NCBI GenBank assembly: GCA_963711615.1
Contig: CAVQEY010000004.1
Span: forward strand, 38,617-102,616
Source of the DNA: an uncultured Actinomycetota bacterium
Lineage (GTDB): Bacteria > Actinomycetota > Actinomycetes > Propionibacteriales > Nocardioidaceae
Direction: 5' to 3'
Length of the DNA stretch: 64,000 bases
The notes under the pieces are model-generated. The model was not told the DNA's origin, searched no databases, and saw only the letters and a program-made list of their open reading frames with translations. This document shows, in pieces, positions 9,882 to 20,280 of the stretch. Numbering within the stretch: the first letter of the stretch is position 1; every line of letters starts with the position of its first letter. A program made the translations under genes and the position numbers.

Positions 9882-11339
9882 ATGACCAGTCCGACACCGG
9901 AACGAGGTGAAGCCTCGACCCAAGCGGAGATTCCCGACAAGCACGTACCGGCGGTCGAGTACACCGACCTGCCCGAACCACTGCCGATGAAGAGGGTGCT
10001 CGGCCCCAGTGTGCTGCTGCTGGCCGGCGCGATCGGATCGGGTGAGTTCGTGCTGTGGCCGAGCATCGTCTCCCAGGTCGGGCTGGTGCTCGTCTGGCTG
10101 ACGATCCTCGGCGTGGGAACTCAGTACTTCCTGAACATGGAGATCGAGCGCTACACGCTCGCCACCGGTGAGACAGCGGTCACCGGGTTCACCCGGCTCT
10201 GGAAACCCTGGGGCATCCTGTTCATCTTCATGGGCGTGCTGGCCTGGATGTGGCCGGGCTGGGCGACGGGTGGCACCACCACCCTGAGCTTCGCGCTCGG
10301 ATTCTCCGAGGACTCGATTCCCTACATCACGATCGGCGTCCTCGTGTTGATCGGCATCGTGCTCACCATGTCGCCGGTGGTCTACCGGACGGTGGAGAAG
10401 ATCCAGTTCTTCATGGTCAGCCTGATCGTGGTCTTCATCATTTACGCGGCCTTCGTGCTGATCGGCGGAGACGGATACGGCGAGCTCGGCCGAGGTTTCG
10501 TCGCGTTCGACGAGATCCCGGACGCCGTCGACACCGTCGGAGCCGCCGCCCTGCTCGGAGCGATCGCCTTCGCCGGAGCCGGCGGAGTGATGAACCTGGT
10601 GCAGTCCAACTGGGTTCGCGACAAGGGACTGGGCATGGGTGCGAAGCTGCCCAAGGTGGTCTCGCCGTTCACCGGAGAGGAGATCGCCGCACCAACGACT
10701 GGCTACTTCTTCCGCCGCGACGAGGAGAACATGCGTCGCTGGAACGGCTGGTGGAAGGTCGCGAACCGCGAGCAGTTCTGGACCTTCTTCGTGATCGGCG
10801 CAGTGGCGTTGCTGATCTTCATGACCCTGACCTTCGTCACGGTCGGTGTGGGCTCCGGCGCCGAGAGCTTCGACTTCATCAACCTGCAGGGCGAGGCACT
10901 CAAGGGCGAACAGGGCGCCTGGCTCGGCACGGTGTTCTGGCTGATCGGCAGCGTCGTGCTGTTCTCGACCAACCTGACCGTGGTCGACATGATCGGCAGA
11001 CTCACCGCCGACGCGCTCAAGACGACCACGTTGCGAGACAACGACAAGTGGAGCGAGAGCCGGCTGTACTTCATCACGGTCTGGGCGATGATCCTGTTCG
11101 GCTCGATCATCCTGCTCTCCGGTGTCGACCAGCCCCTGGTGCTGCTGGTGATCGCAGCGGCCCTCAACGGCCTGGTGATGTTCGTCTACTCGATCCTGCT
11201 GCTCCAGCTCAACCGGGGCGTGCTGCCCCGCGAGATCGGGCTGAAGGGCTTCCGCTTCGGGGCGATCATCTGGGCGGTGGGGTTCTACGGGTTCTTCTCC
11301 GTGATCCTGCTCATCGACCAGGGCAAGCAGCTGTTCTGA
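9882..11339 (+). CDS. Nramp-superfamily membrane transporter
   Basis: GPSVLLLAGAIGSGE and EIERYTLATGET N-terminal motifs, about 11 hydrophobic segments, strong RBS AGGAGG. Confidence 0.75.
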   Translation: MTSPTPERGEASTQAEIPDKHVPAVEYTDLPEPLPMKRVLGPSVLLLAGAIGSGEFVLWPSIVSQVGLVLVWLTILGVGTQYFLNMEIERYTLATGETAVTGFTRLWKPWGILFIFMGVLAWMWPGWATGGTTTLSFALGFSEDSIPYITIGVLVLIGIVLTMSPVVYRTVEKIQFFMVSLIVVFIIYAAFVLIGGDGYGELGRGFVAFDEIPDAVDTVGAAALLGAIAFAGAGGVMNLVQSNWVRDKGLGMGAKLPKVVSPFTGEEIAAPTTGYFFRRDEENMRRWNGWWKVANREQFWTFFVIGAVALLIFMTLTFVTVGVGSGAESFDFINLQGEALKGEQGAWLGTVFWLIGSVVLFSTNLTVVDMIGRLTADALKTTTLRDNDKWSESRLYFITVWAMILFGSIILLSGVDQPLVLLVIAAALNGLVMFVYSILLLQLNRGVLPREIGLKGFRFGAIIWAVGFYGFFSVILLIDQGKQLF

Positions 11340-11370
11340 GACGCACCGAGCGCGCGCAGCGCGCGAGCGT

Positions 11371-11524
11371 GGCCAGGTCGAGTGCCTTGCGGCGAAGCCG
11401 CCTGGCGTATCGAGATCTCGTGAGGTTCATGAGCAGGTCACGTGGTTTCGATTCCCCCACTCGCTGGCGCTCGCGGGAGGTGCCCCCAGCGCTGACGCTG
11501 GCGCTCGCGGGCTACTCAACCACC
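11371..11524. repeat. REP-like intergenic palindromic element, copy 1
   Basis: Unit A 11371-11414 and unit B 11459-11488 both recur at 21419-21505. Imperfect terminal inverted repeats (GGTCGAGT...ACTCAACC). CGCTGGCGCTCGCGGG is duplicated internally. Confidence 0.8.
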
Positions 11525-11810
11525 GAGGACTGCCACAGGGCTGCGGGGACGTCCACCCGGCCACGCCGGACGGGCGTCCCCTCGGCCTGCCAGTGCTCCT
11601 GGGCATCAGTCATCAGGTGCGGCGGGAGCGTGCCGTTCGCACGGACGACGCGCCACCACGTGACGGCTGCGCCTTCGAGCGACATCACCCGGCCGACCTG
11701 GCGGGCACCGCCATCGCCGAGGGCGTCGGCGATCAGGCCGTAGGTCACGACCTTGCCGGGCGGAATCCGCTCGATGAACTCGAGCACCCGCTCGGTGAAG
11801 TGCCACTCAT
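11512..11810 (-). CDS. Alkyltransferase-like (ATL/MGMT family) protein
   Basis: IPPGKVVTYG..A...G..GARQVG and (V)TWWRVVRANG, with Trp at the catalytic-Cys position as in ATLs. In-frame start is GTG 11787; ATG 11810 is one base out of frame. Confidence 0.85.
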
Positions 11811-11816
11811 GTCGGG

Positions 11817-12989
11817 TTAGTAGGCGGGCTGGCTGGGGTCGATCTGGTTGACCCAGGCCACGACGCCGCCGCCGACGTGCACAGCGTCGGCGTAGCCGGC
11901 ACCTTTGAGCACGGCCAGCGCCTCGGCCGAGCGCGCGCCCGTCTTGCAGTAGAGAACCGCCTGCTTGTCGGAGGGAATCTTCTCGAGCGCGGTCCCGCTC
12001 AGGAACTCGCCCTTCGGGATGAGTACAGAGCCCGGGATCTTGTTGATCTCGTACTCGTTGGGCTCACGGACGTCGACCAGCTCGAAGTTGCGTCCGCCGT
12101 CGTCGCGCTCCTTGAGCCAGCCGTCCAGCGTGTGCACCGAGATGGTGGAGTCGGCGGCGGCCTCGGCGGCCTCCTCGCTGATCGCACCGCAGAACGCCTC
12201 GTAGTCGGCGAGCAGCTCGGTGGGGACCTCGCCGTTCGGATCGCGCTGGATCTTCAGCGTCGAGTACCTCATCTCCAGCGCGTCGTAGACCATGAGCCGG
12301 CCGATGAGCGGGTCGCCGATGCCGGTGAGGAGCTTGATCGCCTCGGTGGACATGATCGAGCCGATCGACGCGCACAGCACACCCAGCACTCCACCCTCGG
12401 CGCACGACGGCACCATGCCCGGCGGCGGAGGCTCGGGGTAGAGGTCGCGGTACTGCGGACCCTCCTGGGCCCAGAACACCGACACCTGGCCCTCGAAGCG
12501 GTAGATGGAACCCCACACGTACGGCTTGCCGAGGATGACGGCGGCGTCGTTGACGAGGTAGCGGGTGGCGAAGTTGTCGGTGCCGTCGAGGATGAGGTCG
12601 TAGTCGGCGAAGATCTCGAGCACGTTGTCGGTGTCGAGACGGACGTTGTGCTGGACGACCTTCACGAACGGGTTGATCTCGGCGACCGAGGCCGCAGCGG
12701 ACTCGACCTTGGGCCGGCCGATGTCGGACTGCCCGTGGATGACCTGACGCTGCAGGTTCGACTCGTCGACGACGTCGTCGTCGATGATGCCGAGCGTGCC
12801 GACGCCGGCGGCTGCGAGGTAGAGCAGCGCCGGGCTGCCGAGACCGCCCGCGCCGATGATGAGCACCTTCGCGTTCTTGAGCCGCTTCTGGCCGGTCATG
12901 CCGACGTCCGGGATGATGAGGTGCCGGCTGTAGCGGCGGACCTCGTCGATCGTCAGCTCATCGGCGGGTTCCACGAGTGGGGCGACCAC
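11817..12989 (-). CDS. moeB: Molybdopterin-synthase adenylyltransferase/sulfurtransferase (ThiF plus rhodanese)
   Basis: RYSRHLIIPDVG, GAGGLGSP, DESNLQRQVIH, PSCAEGGVLGVLC, C-terminal rhodanese LVDVREPNE...YCKTGARS. Confidence 0.95.
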   Translation of the reverse strand: MVAPLVEPADELTIDEVRRYSRHLIIPDVGMTGQKRLKNAKVLIIGAGGLGSPALLYLAAAGVGTLGIIDDDVVDESNLQRQVIHGQSDIGRPKVESAAASVAEINPFVKVVQHNVRLDTDNVLEIFADYDLILDGTDNFATRYLVNDAAVILGKPYVWGSIYRFEGQVSVFWAQEGPQYRDLYPEPPPPGMVPSCAEGGVLGVLCASIGSIMSTEAIKLLTGIGDPLIGRLMVYDALEMRYSTLKIQRDPNGEVPTELLADYEAFCGAISEEAAEAAADSTISVHTLDGWLKERDDGGRNFELVDVREPNEYEINKIPGSVLIPKGEFLSGTALEKIPSDKQAVLYCKTGARSAEALAVLKGAGYADAVHVGGGVVAWVNQIDPSQPAY

Positions 12990-13121
12990 TGAATCTCTCC
13001 TCCAAGCAGCGGAAATGCTGTCTCCGGTGCAAACATCGCGCCGACTGCCAATGTTCCCTCACCGGCGGCGTAGCGCGACCGGGAGTCCGGATGGTGGGCG
13101 TCGACCTACTACATTGGAGCC

Positions 13122-13745
13122 GTGAGCGATGCCCTTCCCCTCAAGCAGCGGACGAACCGCCTGCCGCGCTCGGCGCGCCGAGCCCAGCTGCTCGAGGTCG
13201 CGCTCGACGTCTTCGTCGAGCAGGGCTACCACGCGGCCTCCATGGATGTGATCGCCGACCGGGCGGGCGTCTCCAAGCCCGTGCTCTACCAGCACTTTCC
13301 CGGCAAGCTCGACCTCTACCTCGCGCTGCTGCAGACGTCCTGCGACACCGTCATCGCCGGAGTCAAGGACGCCCTCGCGTCCACCACCGACAACCGCAAA
13401 CGCGTCCAGGCCACGATCGAGCTCTGGTACGACTACGTCGCCGACCAGGGCGCGGCGTTCCGCCTCGTCTTCGAGTCCGACCTCACCAACGTCCCGGCCG
13501 TCCGCGAGCACGTGGACCGGGTGGTCAACGAGTCCGCCGCGGCCATCGCGGAGGTCATCCACGAGGACACCGGCCTGCCGACGCCCGCCGCGCACCTGCT
13601 GGCGGTCAGCCTGGTGGGCATGGGCCACGTCGGTGCCCGCAACTGGCTTTCCGCCGACTCGCAGCTGAGCCGAGCCGAGGCGGTCGAGCTGGCCGCAGGT
13701 CTCGCCTGGCGCGGCATCGGCGGTTTCCCCAAAGGAGAAGAGTGA
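13122..13745 (+). CDS. TetR/AcrR family transcriptional regulator
   Basis: HTH: ASMDVIADRAGVSKPVLYQHFPGKLDLY. Confidence 0.9.
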   Translation: MSDALPLKQRTNRLPRSARRAQLLEVALDVFVEQGYHAASMDVIADRAGVSKPVLYQHFPGKLDLYLALLQTSCDTVIAGVKDALASTTDNRKRVQATIELWYDYVADQGAAFRLVFESDLTNVPAVREHVDRVVNESAAAIAEVIHEDTGLPTPAAHLLAVSLVGMGHVGARNWLSADSQLSRAEAVELAAGLAWRGIGGFPKGEE

Positions 13746-13747
13746 GC

Positions 13748-13981
13748 ATGGAAGTCAAGATCGGTGTCCAGAACGCCGCCCGTGAGCTGTCGGTCGAGAC
13801 CGACCAGGACCCCGACGAGGTGCTGAAGTCGCTCGAGACGGCGATCTCCGACGAGGCGGTGTTCAGTCTCACCGACGACAAGGGCCGCACCGTGGCCGTC
13901 CCGGCCGACAAGGTCGCCTACCTCTACTTCACCGCCGACACCGGCCGCAAGGTCGGCTTCGGCCTCGCCGCCAGCTCTTAG
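13748..13981 (+). CDS. DUF3107 family small protein
   Basis: MEVKIGVQNAARELSVETDQDPDEV...LTDDKGRTVAVPADKVAYL...RKVGFG; usual position after this TetR. Confidence 0.85.
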   Translation: MEVKIGVQNAARELSVETDQDPDEVLKSLETAISDEAVFSLTDDKGRTVAVPADKVAYLYFTADTGRKVGFGLAASS

Positions 13982-14087
13982 GGCGTCGGGTCGCGGTTGA
14001 ACAGCCGCTTGGCCCACAGGTAGCTGACGAGGGCGATGCCGATCGACCACGCGACGGCGAGGACGACGTGGTCGCCCGACGCTGCTG
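13978..14087 (-). pseudogene. C-terminal remnant of a membrane protein, ABC-2 permease-like tail
   Basis: Frame reads GDHVVLAVAWSIGIALVSYLWAKRLFNRDPTP* with no start of its own and begins right after the ferritin-like stop. Confidence 0.5.
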
Positions 14088-14786
14088 CTAGGCGTCCAGA
14101 CCGAGCTTCGCCATGCGCTCGGCGTGGGCCTCGGTGATGCGGGTGAACATCCGGCCGATCGCTGCGAGGTCCATACCCGGCTGGTCGATGCCGCCGACGA
14201 TCACGGCACTCAGCGCGTCGCGCTCGGCCACGACCATCTGCGCCTGACTCAGGGCCTCGCCCATGAGCCGACGACCCCACAGGGCCAGGCGTCCGGCAAC
14301 GCGGTGGTCGGCCTCGATGGCCCCCCGTACCTGGCCGACGACGAACTCCGAGTGCCCGGTTCCGCTGAGCGTCTCGAGCACGAGCTCGCGGGTCTCGGGG
14401 TCGAGGTACGAGGCGACTTCGCGGTAGAAGTCGGACGCCAGACCGTCGCCCACGTACGCCTTGACCAGGCCCTCGAGCCAGTCGGACGGCGCCGTTTGCC
14501 GGTGGAATCGCTCGAACGTGGTCCGAAACGGCTCCATCGCGGCGAACGGGTCCTCGCCCAGCTCGGTGAGCCGGTCGCGGAGCAGCTCGAAGTGCTGGAA
14601 CTCCGCGACGGCCATGCTCGCGACCTCGACCTTCGTGTGCAGGTCAGGCGCCATCTTGGCATCGTCCGCGAGCCGTTCGCAGGCGCTGATCTCGCCGTAC
14701 GCGAGGACGCCGAGCAGCTCGAGGACGCCGGTCCGGTAGACCGGATCGTCGAACGCCGACTGCTGCGAGCTGTCCGTGGAGGCCAT
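14088..14786 (-). CDS. Ferritin-like fold protein (MiaE-like)
   Basis: LLGVLAYGEISACERLA.DA, AVAEFQHF, WLEGLVKAYVGDGLASDFY, RLALWGRRLMGEAL. Confidence 0.88.
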   Translation of the reverse strand: MASTDSSQQSAFDDPVYRTGVLELLGVLAYGEISACERLADDAKMAPDLHTKVEVASMAVAEFQHFELLRDRLTELGEDPFAAMEPFRTTFERFHRQTAPSDWLEGLVKAYVGDGLASDFYREVASYLDPETRELVLETLSGTGHSEFVVGQVRGAIEADHRVAGRLALWGRRLMGEALSQAQMVVAERDALSAVIVGGIDQPGMDLAAIGRMFTRITEAHAERMAKLGLDA

Positions 14787-14842
14787 GGGATCGCAGCGTA
14801 GCGCGAGCGCTGCGTCAAGCGCGGGGTGCATCGGAGGTTACG

Positions 14843-16270
14843 ATGGGACCAGAAAATACATCTGAGTCCCAAGAATTCGAGAAGACCCTGACTACGTTCA
14901 AAGATCTGGGCGTCATGCCCGAGATCGCCGACGCACTTGATGACGTCGGCATCACCCATCCTTTTCCCATCCAGGAGATGACGCTCTCGGTGGCCCTCAT
15001 GGGCACCGACCTCATCGGCCAGGCGCGCACCGGCACCGGCAAGACGCTGGCGTTCGCGATCCCCGTCATCCAGCGCGCCGTCGCGCCCCACGACCCTGAC
15101 TACGACCAGCTCGCCGCACCCGGCAAGCCACAGGCACTGGTCGTCACCCCCACCCGCGAGCTCACGATCCAGGTGGCCAAGGACATCGACACCGCCTCGG
15201 CCAAGCGCGGCACGCGCAACCTCACCATCTATGGCGGCGTGCCATACGAGCCCCAGCTCGACATGCTCAAGTCCGGGGTCGACATCGTGGTCGGCACCCC
15301 CGGCCGCCTGCTCGACCTCGCCAACCGGGGCGCCCTCGACCTCTCGCACGTCAAGTCACTGGTGCTCGACGAGGCCGACGAGATGCTCGACCTCGGCTTC
15401 CTGCCCGACGTCGAGGCGATCCTGGCCAAGACGCCCGAGCTGCGCCAGACCATGCTGTTCTCGGCCACGATGCCCGGCGCGATCGTCACCCTGGCCCGCA
15501 CCCACATGCGGCACCCGATGAACATCCGCGCGGAGTCGCCCGACGAGGATCACCTCGTGCCCACCACGGCACAGTTCGTCTGGCAGGCGCACGACATGGA
15601 CAAGCCCGAGGTCGTGGCCCGCATCCTGCAGGCCGACGACGTAGGACGCGTCCTCGTCTTCACCCGCACCAAGCGCACCGCGCAGCGCGTCGCCGACGAC
15701 CTCGTCGACCGTGGCTTCCCGGCGTCACCGTTGCACGGCGACATGGCTCAGACCGCTCGTGAGAAGGCGCTCCAGCGGTTCCGCGACGGCAAGGTCAACA
15801 CTTTGGTCGCCACCGACGTCGCCGCCCGCGGCATCGACGTCGCCGGCATCACCCACGTCATCAACTACAACTGCCCCGAGGACCACAAGACCTACCTGCA
15901 TCGCATCGGCCGCACCGGCCGTGCCGGCGCATCAGGCATCGCGGTCACGTTCGTCGACTGGGCCGACATGACGCGCTGGCAGCTCATCAACAAGGAGCTC
16001 GACCTGCCGTTCCCGCAGCCGCAGGAGACGTACTCCACGTCGGAGCACCTCTTCCACGACCTGGGCATCGCCCATGACGTGAAGGGCCGTCTCAAGCCGC
16101 CCGCCCCGAAGGAGCCCCGCAAGGACGCCCCCCAGGGCCGAGGCGGACGTCCGCAGCAGAAGTCATCGCAGCAGGAGTCCGGGGGCAAGGCGTCCGCGGG
16201 CGGGCCGAGCCGCAGCCGGCGGCGTCGCAACCGCACCCGCAGCGGACAAGCCGTCGCGAAGTCCGACTAG
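14843..16270 (+). CDS. DEAD-box RNA helicase
   Basis: Q-motif PFPIQ, GTGKT, PTREL, TPGR, DEAD, SAT, ARGID, HRIGRTGRAG; basic tail. Confidence 0.95.
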   Translation: MGPENTSESQEFEKTLTTFKDLGVMPEIADALDDVGITHPFPIQEMTLSVALMGTDLIGQARTGTGKTLAFAIPVIQRAVAPHDPDYDQLAAPGKPQALVVTPTRELTIQVAKDIDTASAKRGTRNLTIYGGVPYEPQLDMLKSGVDIVVGTPGRLLDLANRGALDLSHVKSLVLDEADEMLDLGFLPDVEAILAKTPELRQTMLFSATMPGAIVTLARTHMRHPMNIRAESPDEDHLVPTTAQFVWQAHDMDKPEVVARILQADDVGRVLVFTRTKRTAQRVADDLVDRGFPASPLHGDMAQTAREKALQRFRDGKVNTLVATDVAARGIDVAGITHVINYNCPEDHKTYLHRIGRTGRAGASGIAVTFVDWADMTRWQLINKELDLPFPQPQETYSTSEHLFHDLGIAHDVKGRLKPPAPKEPRKDAPQGRGGRPQQKSSQQESGGKASAGGPSRSRRRRNRTRSGQAVAKSD

Positions 16271-16980
16271 CTGGTGACGATGACCTTCGTGCCGATCGGC
16301 GCGAAGGTCCACAGCGCGATGGCGTCGTCGCGCCACTGGCGCACACACCCGGCTGAGGTCGGCGTGCCGAGCTCCTCCCTGGACTGCTCGGGCAGGCCGG
16401 CGTTGTCGACCGGCACGGTGTGGAAGCCGATCGGCGCGGTGAAGCCGGTGGCGAAGCGCACGAAGTACTCCATGGACCCGCTGTAGTCGAACGCTGTGGC
16501 GAAGCGCGACTTGGACTGCACGGCGTACGTTCCCGGATTCAGGTTGTCGAACTTGCTGCCCGACACCAGGTAGGTGCGCTCCACGCTGCCGGCGGCGCCC
16601 ACGAGCCAGACCCGCTGGGCCGTCTCGGAGAAGACGATGCGGCGACCCTCGCCCGAGTCGGCCGGGAGCGCGTCGGACTTCCTGATCCGGGCCACCTCCT
16701 CGGCCTGCTTCTTGAGGAAGGCCGCTGCGGCGTCCTGCGCAGCGATCACGTCTGACACCGGCCGCGACAGGTCTGAGAGCGAGGCCTGTTCGAGCGTCGA
16801 AAGCCCACTCGTCGACACGGTGGAAGGCGCGGATCGAACCTGGGGCAGCACGCCGACCGCGGCCGCTCCAACCGCGACCGTCAGGATGGCGGCAGCCCCG
16901 AGCGTGCCCACGCGACGACGTCGCCGAGCGCGGTGGCGCGCGGCTCGATGCCTGTGGACCCGGGGGGAGGACACTCCCAC
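16267..16980 (-). CDS. L,D-transpeptidase (YkuD) family
   Basis: N-terminal TM anchor; IGFH...SAGCVRQ catalytic His/Cys motif. Confidence 0.85.
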   Translation of the reverse strand: MGVSSPRVHRHRAARHRARRRRRVGTLGAAAILTVAVGAAAVGVLPQVRSAPSTVSTSGLSTLEQASLSDLSRPVSDVIAAQDAAAAFLKKQAEEVARIRKSDALPADSGEGRRIVFSETAQRVWLVGAAGSVERTYLVSGSKFDNLNPGTYAVQSKSRFATAFDYSGSMEYFVRFATGFTAPIGFHTVPVDNAGLPEQSREELGTPTSAGCVRQWRDDAIALWTFAPIGTKVIVTS

Positions 16981-16997
16981 ATCCTAGTTCCGCGAGG

Positions 16998-17762
<765 letters not shown>

Positions 17763-17826
17763 GACAGCACCGTACCGTCGCCGCCCACGGCCCGGCACCC
17801 CAGCGGGGCACGGTAACTTGATCGCC

Positions 17827-18588
17827 ATGCGTGGACGCGCCCTGATCACCGGTGCCACCGCCGGCATCGGCAACGCCTTCGCCCGCGAGCTGGCCGGTCG
17901 CGGCCACGACCTGGTGCTCGTCGCCCGCGACACCGAGCGTCTCGAGTCCGTCGCCGCCGGACTGCGCGAGAAGCACCGCGTCGAGGTCGACGTGATCACC
18001 GCCGACCTCACGACGGACGACGGGCTGAGGGACACCGTCAACGCGCTCACCGACACCGCCCGGCCGGTCGACCTGCTGGTCAACAACGCCGGCTCGTCCC
18101 TGGCCGCGTGGTTCGGAACCACCGACATCGCGGACGAGGACCACCAGCTCGACCTCATGGTCCGGGCACCGATGTACCTCATGGACGCCGCGATCAAGGC
18201 CATGACCGGGCGCGGGCACGGCGAGATCGTCAACGTCGCCAGCGTCGCAGCGTTCACGCCGCGCGGCACCTACTCCGCGCACAAGGCATGGATGGTCACG
18301 CTCTCGCGCTGGGCCAACTTCCAGTACGCCGACGCCGGGGTCACCGTGATGGCGCTGTGTCCCGGATTCGTGCGTACGGAGTTCCACCAACGCATGGGCG
18401 TCGACCCGAACAAGAGCGTGCCCGCGTGGATGTGGCTCAAGGCCGACAAGGTCGTCAAGGCCGCGCTCGACGATCTCGACAAGCGCAAGTCCGTCTCCAT
18501 CCCGAGCGTCCGCTACAAGATCCTGGCGACGATCGCGCAGTACGCACCCAAGCCGCTCGTCGCCCGCATGGCCAAGCGCGGTCGATGA
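17827..18588 (+). CDS. Short-chain dehydrogenase/reductase
   Basis: TGATAGIG, NNAG, YSAHK (YxxxK), CPGFVRTEF. Confidence 0.92.
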   Translation: MRGRALITGATAGIGNAFARELAGRGHDLVLVARDTERLESVAAGLREKHRVEVDVITADLTTDDGLRDTVNALTDTARPVDLLVNNAGSSLAAWFGTTDIADEDHQLDLMVRAPMYLMDAAIKAMTGRGHGEIVNVASVAAFTPRGTYSAHKAWMVTLSRWANFQYADAGVTVMALCPGFVRTEFHQRMGVDPNKSVPAWMWLKADKVVKAALDDLDKRKSVSIPSVRYKILATIAQYAPKPLVARMAKRGR

Positions 18589-19421
18589 GTACTCCGCGCA
18601 CCCTGACCCTGCCCGACGGCGTCGAGGCCACACGCATCGAGACCCCGGTCGGCACGTTCGCCGCGCACGTCGCTCGCACGGACTCTCCCACGGCTCACCT
18701 CCTGCTGATCCCCGGCTGGACCGGCAGCAAGGAGGACTTCACGCCGCTGCTGCCGCTGCTCGCCGCCGCCGGATACGACGCCACCGCGTACGACCAGCGT
18801 GGACAGTTCGAGTCGCCGGGCGGCGCAGACGCCGACTACACGCTCGACGGGTTCGCCGCGGACGCCCTCGCGGTCGCCTCCGCGTGCAGCGACGAGCCTC
18901 CGCACCTGCTCGGCCACTCCTTCGGCGGGCTCGTCGCCCAGCAGGCGGTTCTCGCGACGATGTCGGCCTGGCGCAGCCTGAGCCTGCTCGACACCGGTCC
19001 CGGCGCCCTCGGCGACACGCCGACCCGGCCCCTGACCATGCTTCTCGAGGCCATCGGAGTCACGCCGATGGCCGACATCCATCGGTTCCGGGAGGAGGCG
19101 ATGGGCGTCAAGCGCGCGCCTGACATCGCCGAGTTCCTGTTGCGTCGGTTCACGTCCAACGACCCGATGTCGCTCAAGGCGATGACCCGGGCGCTCATCG
19201 ACGCGCCCGACCGGATCGACGAGCTGGCAGCGTTGCCCGTACCGGTCTGGGTCGGCCGCGGCGCAGACGACGACGCCTGGCCGCACGACATCCAGGCCGC
19301 GATGGCCAAGCGGCTCGGCACCGAGATCCACGTCATCGAGAACTCGGCGCACTCCCCCGCCGTCGAGAACACCCAGGGTCTCGCCGACGCCTGGCTCCCG
19401 TTCCTCGCCTCAGCCGAGTAG
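18585..19421 (+). CDS. Alpha/beta fold hydrolase
   Basis: PGWTGSKEDF, DQRGQFES, GHSFGG nucleophile elbow, SAHSP. Confidence 0.9.
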   Translation: MSTPRTLTLPDGVEATRIETPVGTFAAHVARTDSPTAHLLLIPGWTGSKEDFTPLLPLLAAAGYDATAYDQRGQFESPGGADADYTLDGFAADALAVASACSDEPPHLLGHSFGGLVAQQAVLATMSAWRSLSLLDTGPGALGDTPTRPLTMLLEAIGVTPMADIHRFREEAMGVKRAPDIAEFLLRRFTSNDPMSLKAMTRALIDAPDRIDELAALPVPVWVGRGADDDAWPHDIQAAMAKRLGTEIHVIENSAHSPAVENTQGLADAWLPFLASAE

Positions 19422-20234
19422 CCGCGCGAGCTCCTCGGGGCTGGTCGTGTTCGCTCCGAGCCGGAAGTTTCCCGTCTTCCCCGAGCCGTGATAGTCGCTC
19501 GACCCGGTGACGACCAGGTCGTGGGCGGCCGCGATCTTTCGCAGGTCCTCGCGCTGGGCGTCGTCGTGGTCGGGGTGATCGACCTCCAGCCCGTCGAGAC
19601 CCGCCTCCACCAGCTCGGCGATGCGGTCTGGCGTCATCACCTTGTCGCTGCCACGTGACCATGGGTGAGCAAGCACGGCCTTGCCGCCGGCAGCCTTCAC
19701 GAGCCGGACGGCGACGTCCGTGGGGATCGAGTAGCGGCCGACGTACCCGGGCATGCCCGGTTGGAGGTAGTGCTCGAATGCCTCGGCGCGGTCCTTGACG
19801 ATGCCCTTGTCGATGAGCACGTCGGCGAGGTGCGGTCGACCGACGGCGTCGGCATCGCCGACCTTCGCGAGGATCTCCTCCGCGGTCACGTCGATACCGA
19901 TCGCCTGGAAGCGGGCGACGAACTTCGGGACACGACCCGACCGTCCATCGATGACCTTCGCCAGCTCGGCCAGAAGCGGGGCATCACCGGGGTCGATGTC
20001 GTAGCCGAGGAGATGGATGCTCTTGTGCTGCAGCTCGGTGGACACCTCGAGTCCCTTGACCAGCCGGATGCCGACACGATCGGCGGCCTCCTGCGCCTCG
20101 TCCCAACCCACGGTGGTGTCGTGGTCGGTGAGTGCCACGACGTCGAGGCCGGCCTTCTTCGCGTTGTCGACCAGCTCGGTCGGAGTGTCCGTCCCGTCGG
20201 AGCGGTTGGAGTGGGTGTGGAGGTCGATGGTCAC
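19410..20234 (-). CDS. PHP domain phosphoesterase
   Basis: DLHTHSNRSDG, ALTDHDT, IHLLGY, VLAHP, GSSDYHG. Confidence 0.92.
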   Translation of the reverse strand: MTIDLHTHSNRSDGTDTPTELVDNAKKAGLDVVALTDHDTTVGWDEAQEAADRVGIRLVKGLEVSTELQHKSIHLLGYDIDPGDAPLLAELAKVIDGRSGRVPKFVARFQAIGIDVTAEEILAKVGDADAVGRPHLADVLIDKGIVKDRAEAFEHYLQPGMPGYVGRYSIPTDVAVRLVKAAGGKAVLAHPWSRGSDKVMTPDRIAELVEAGLDGLEVDHPDHDDAQREDLRKIAAAHDLVVTGSSDYHGSGKTGNFRLGANTTSPEELARLLG

Positions 20235-20280
20235 GTGATCAGGCTAGAGGCAGGGCGGGGGTGCCGGGCCACGGGCGGCC

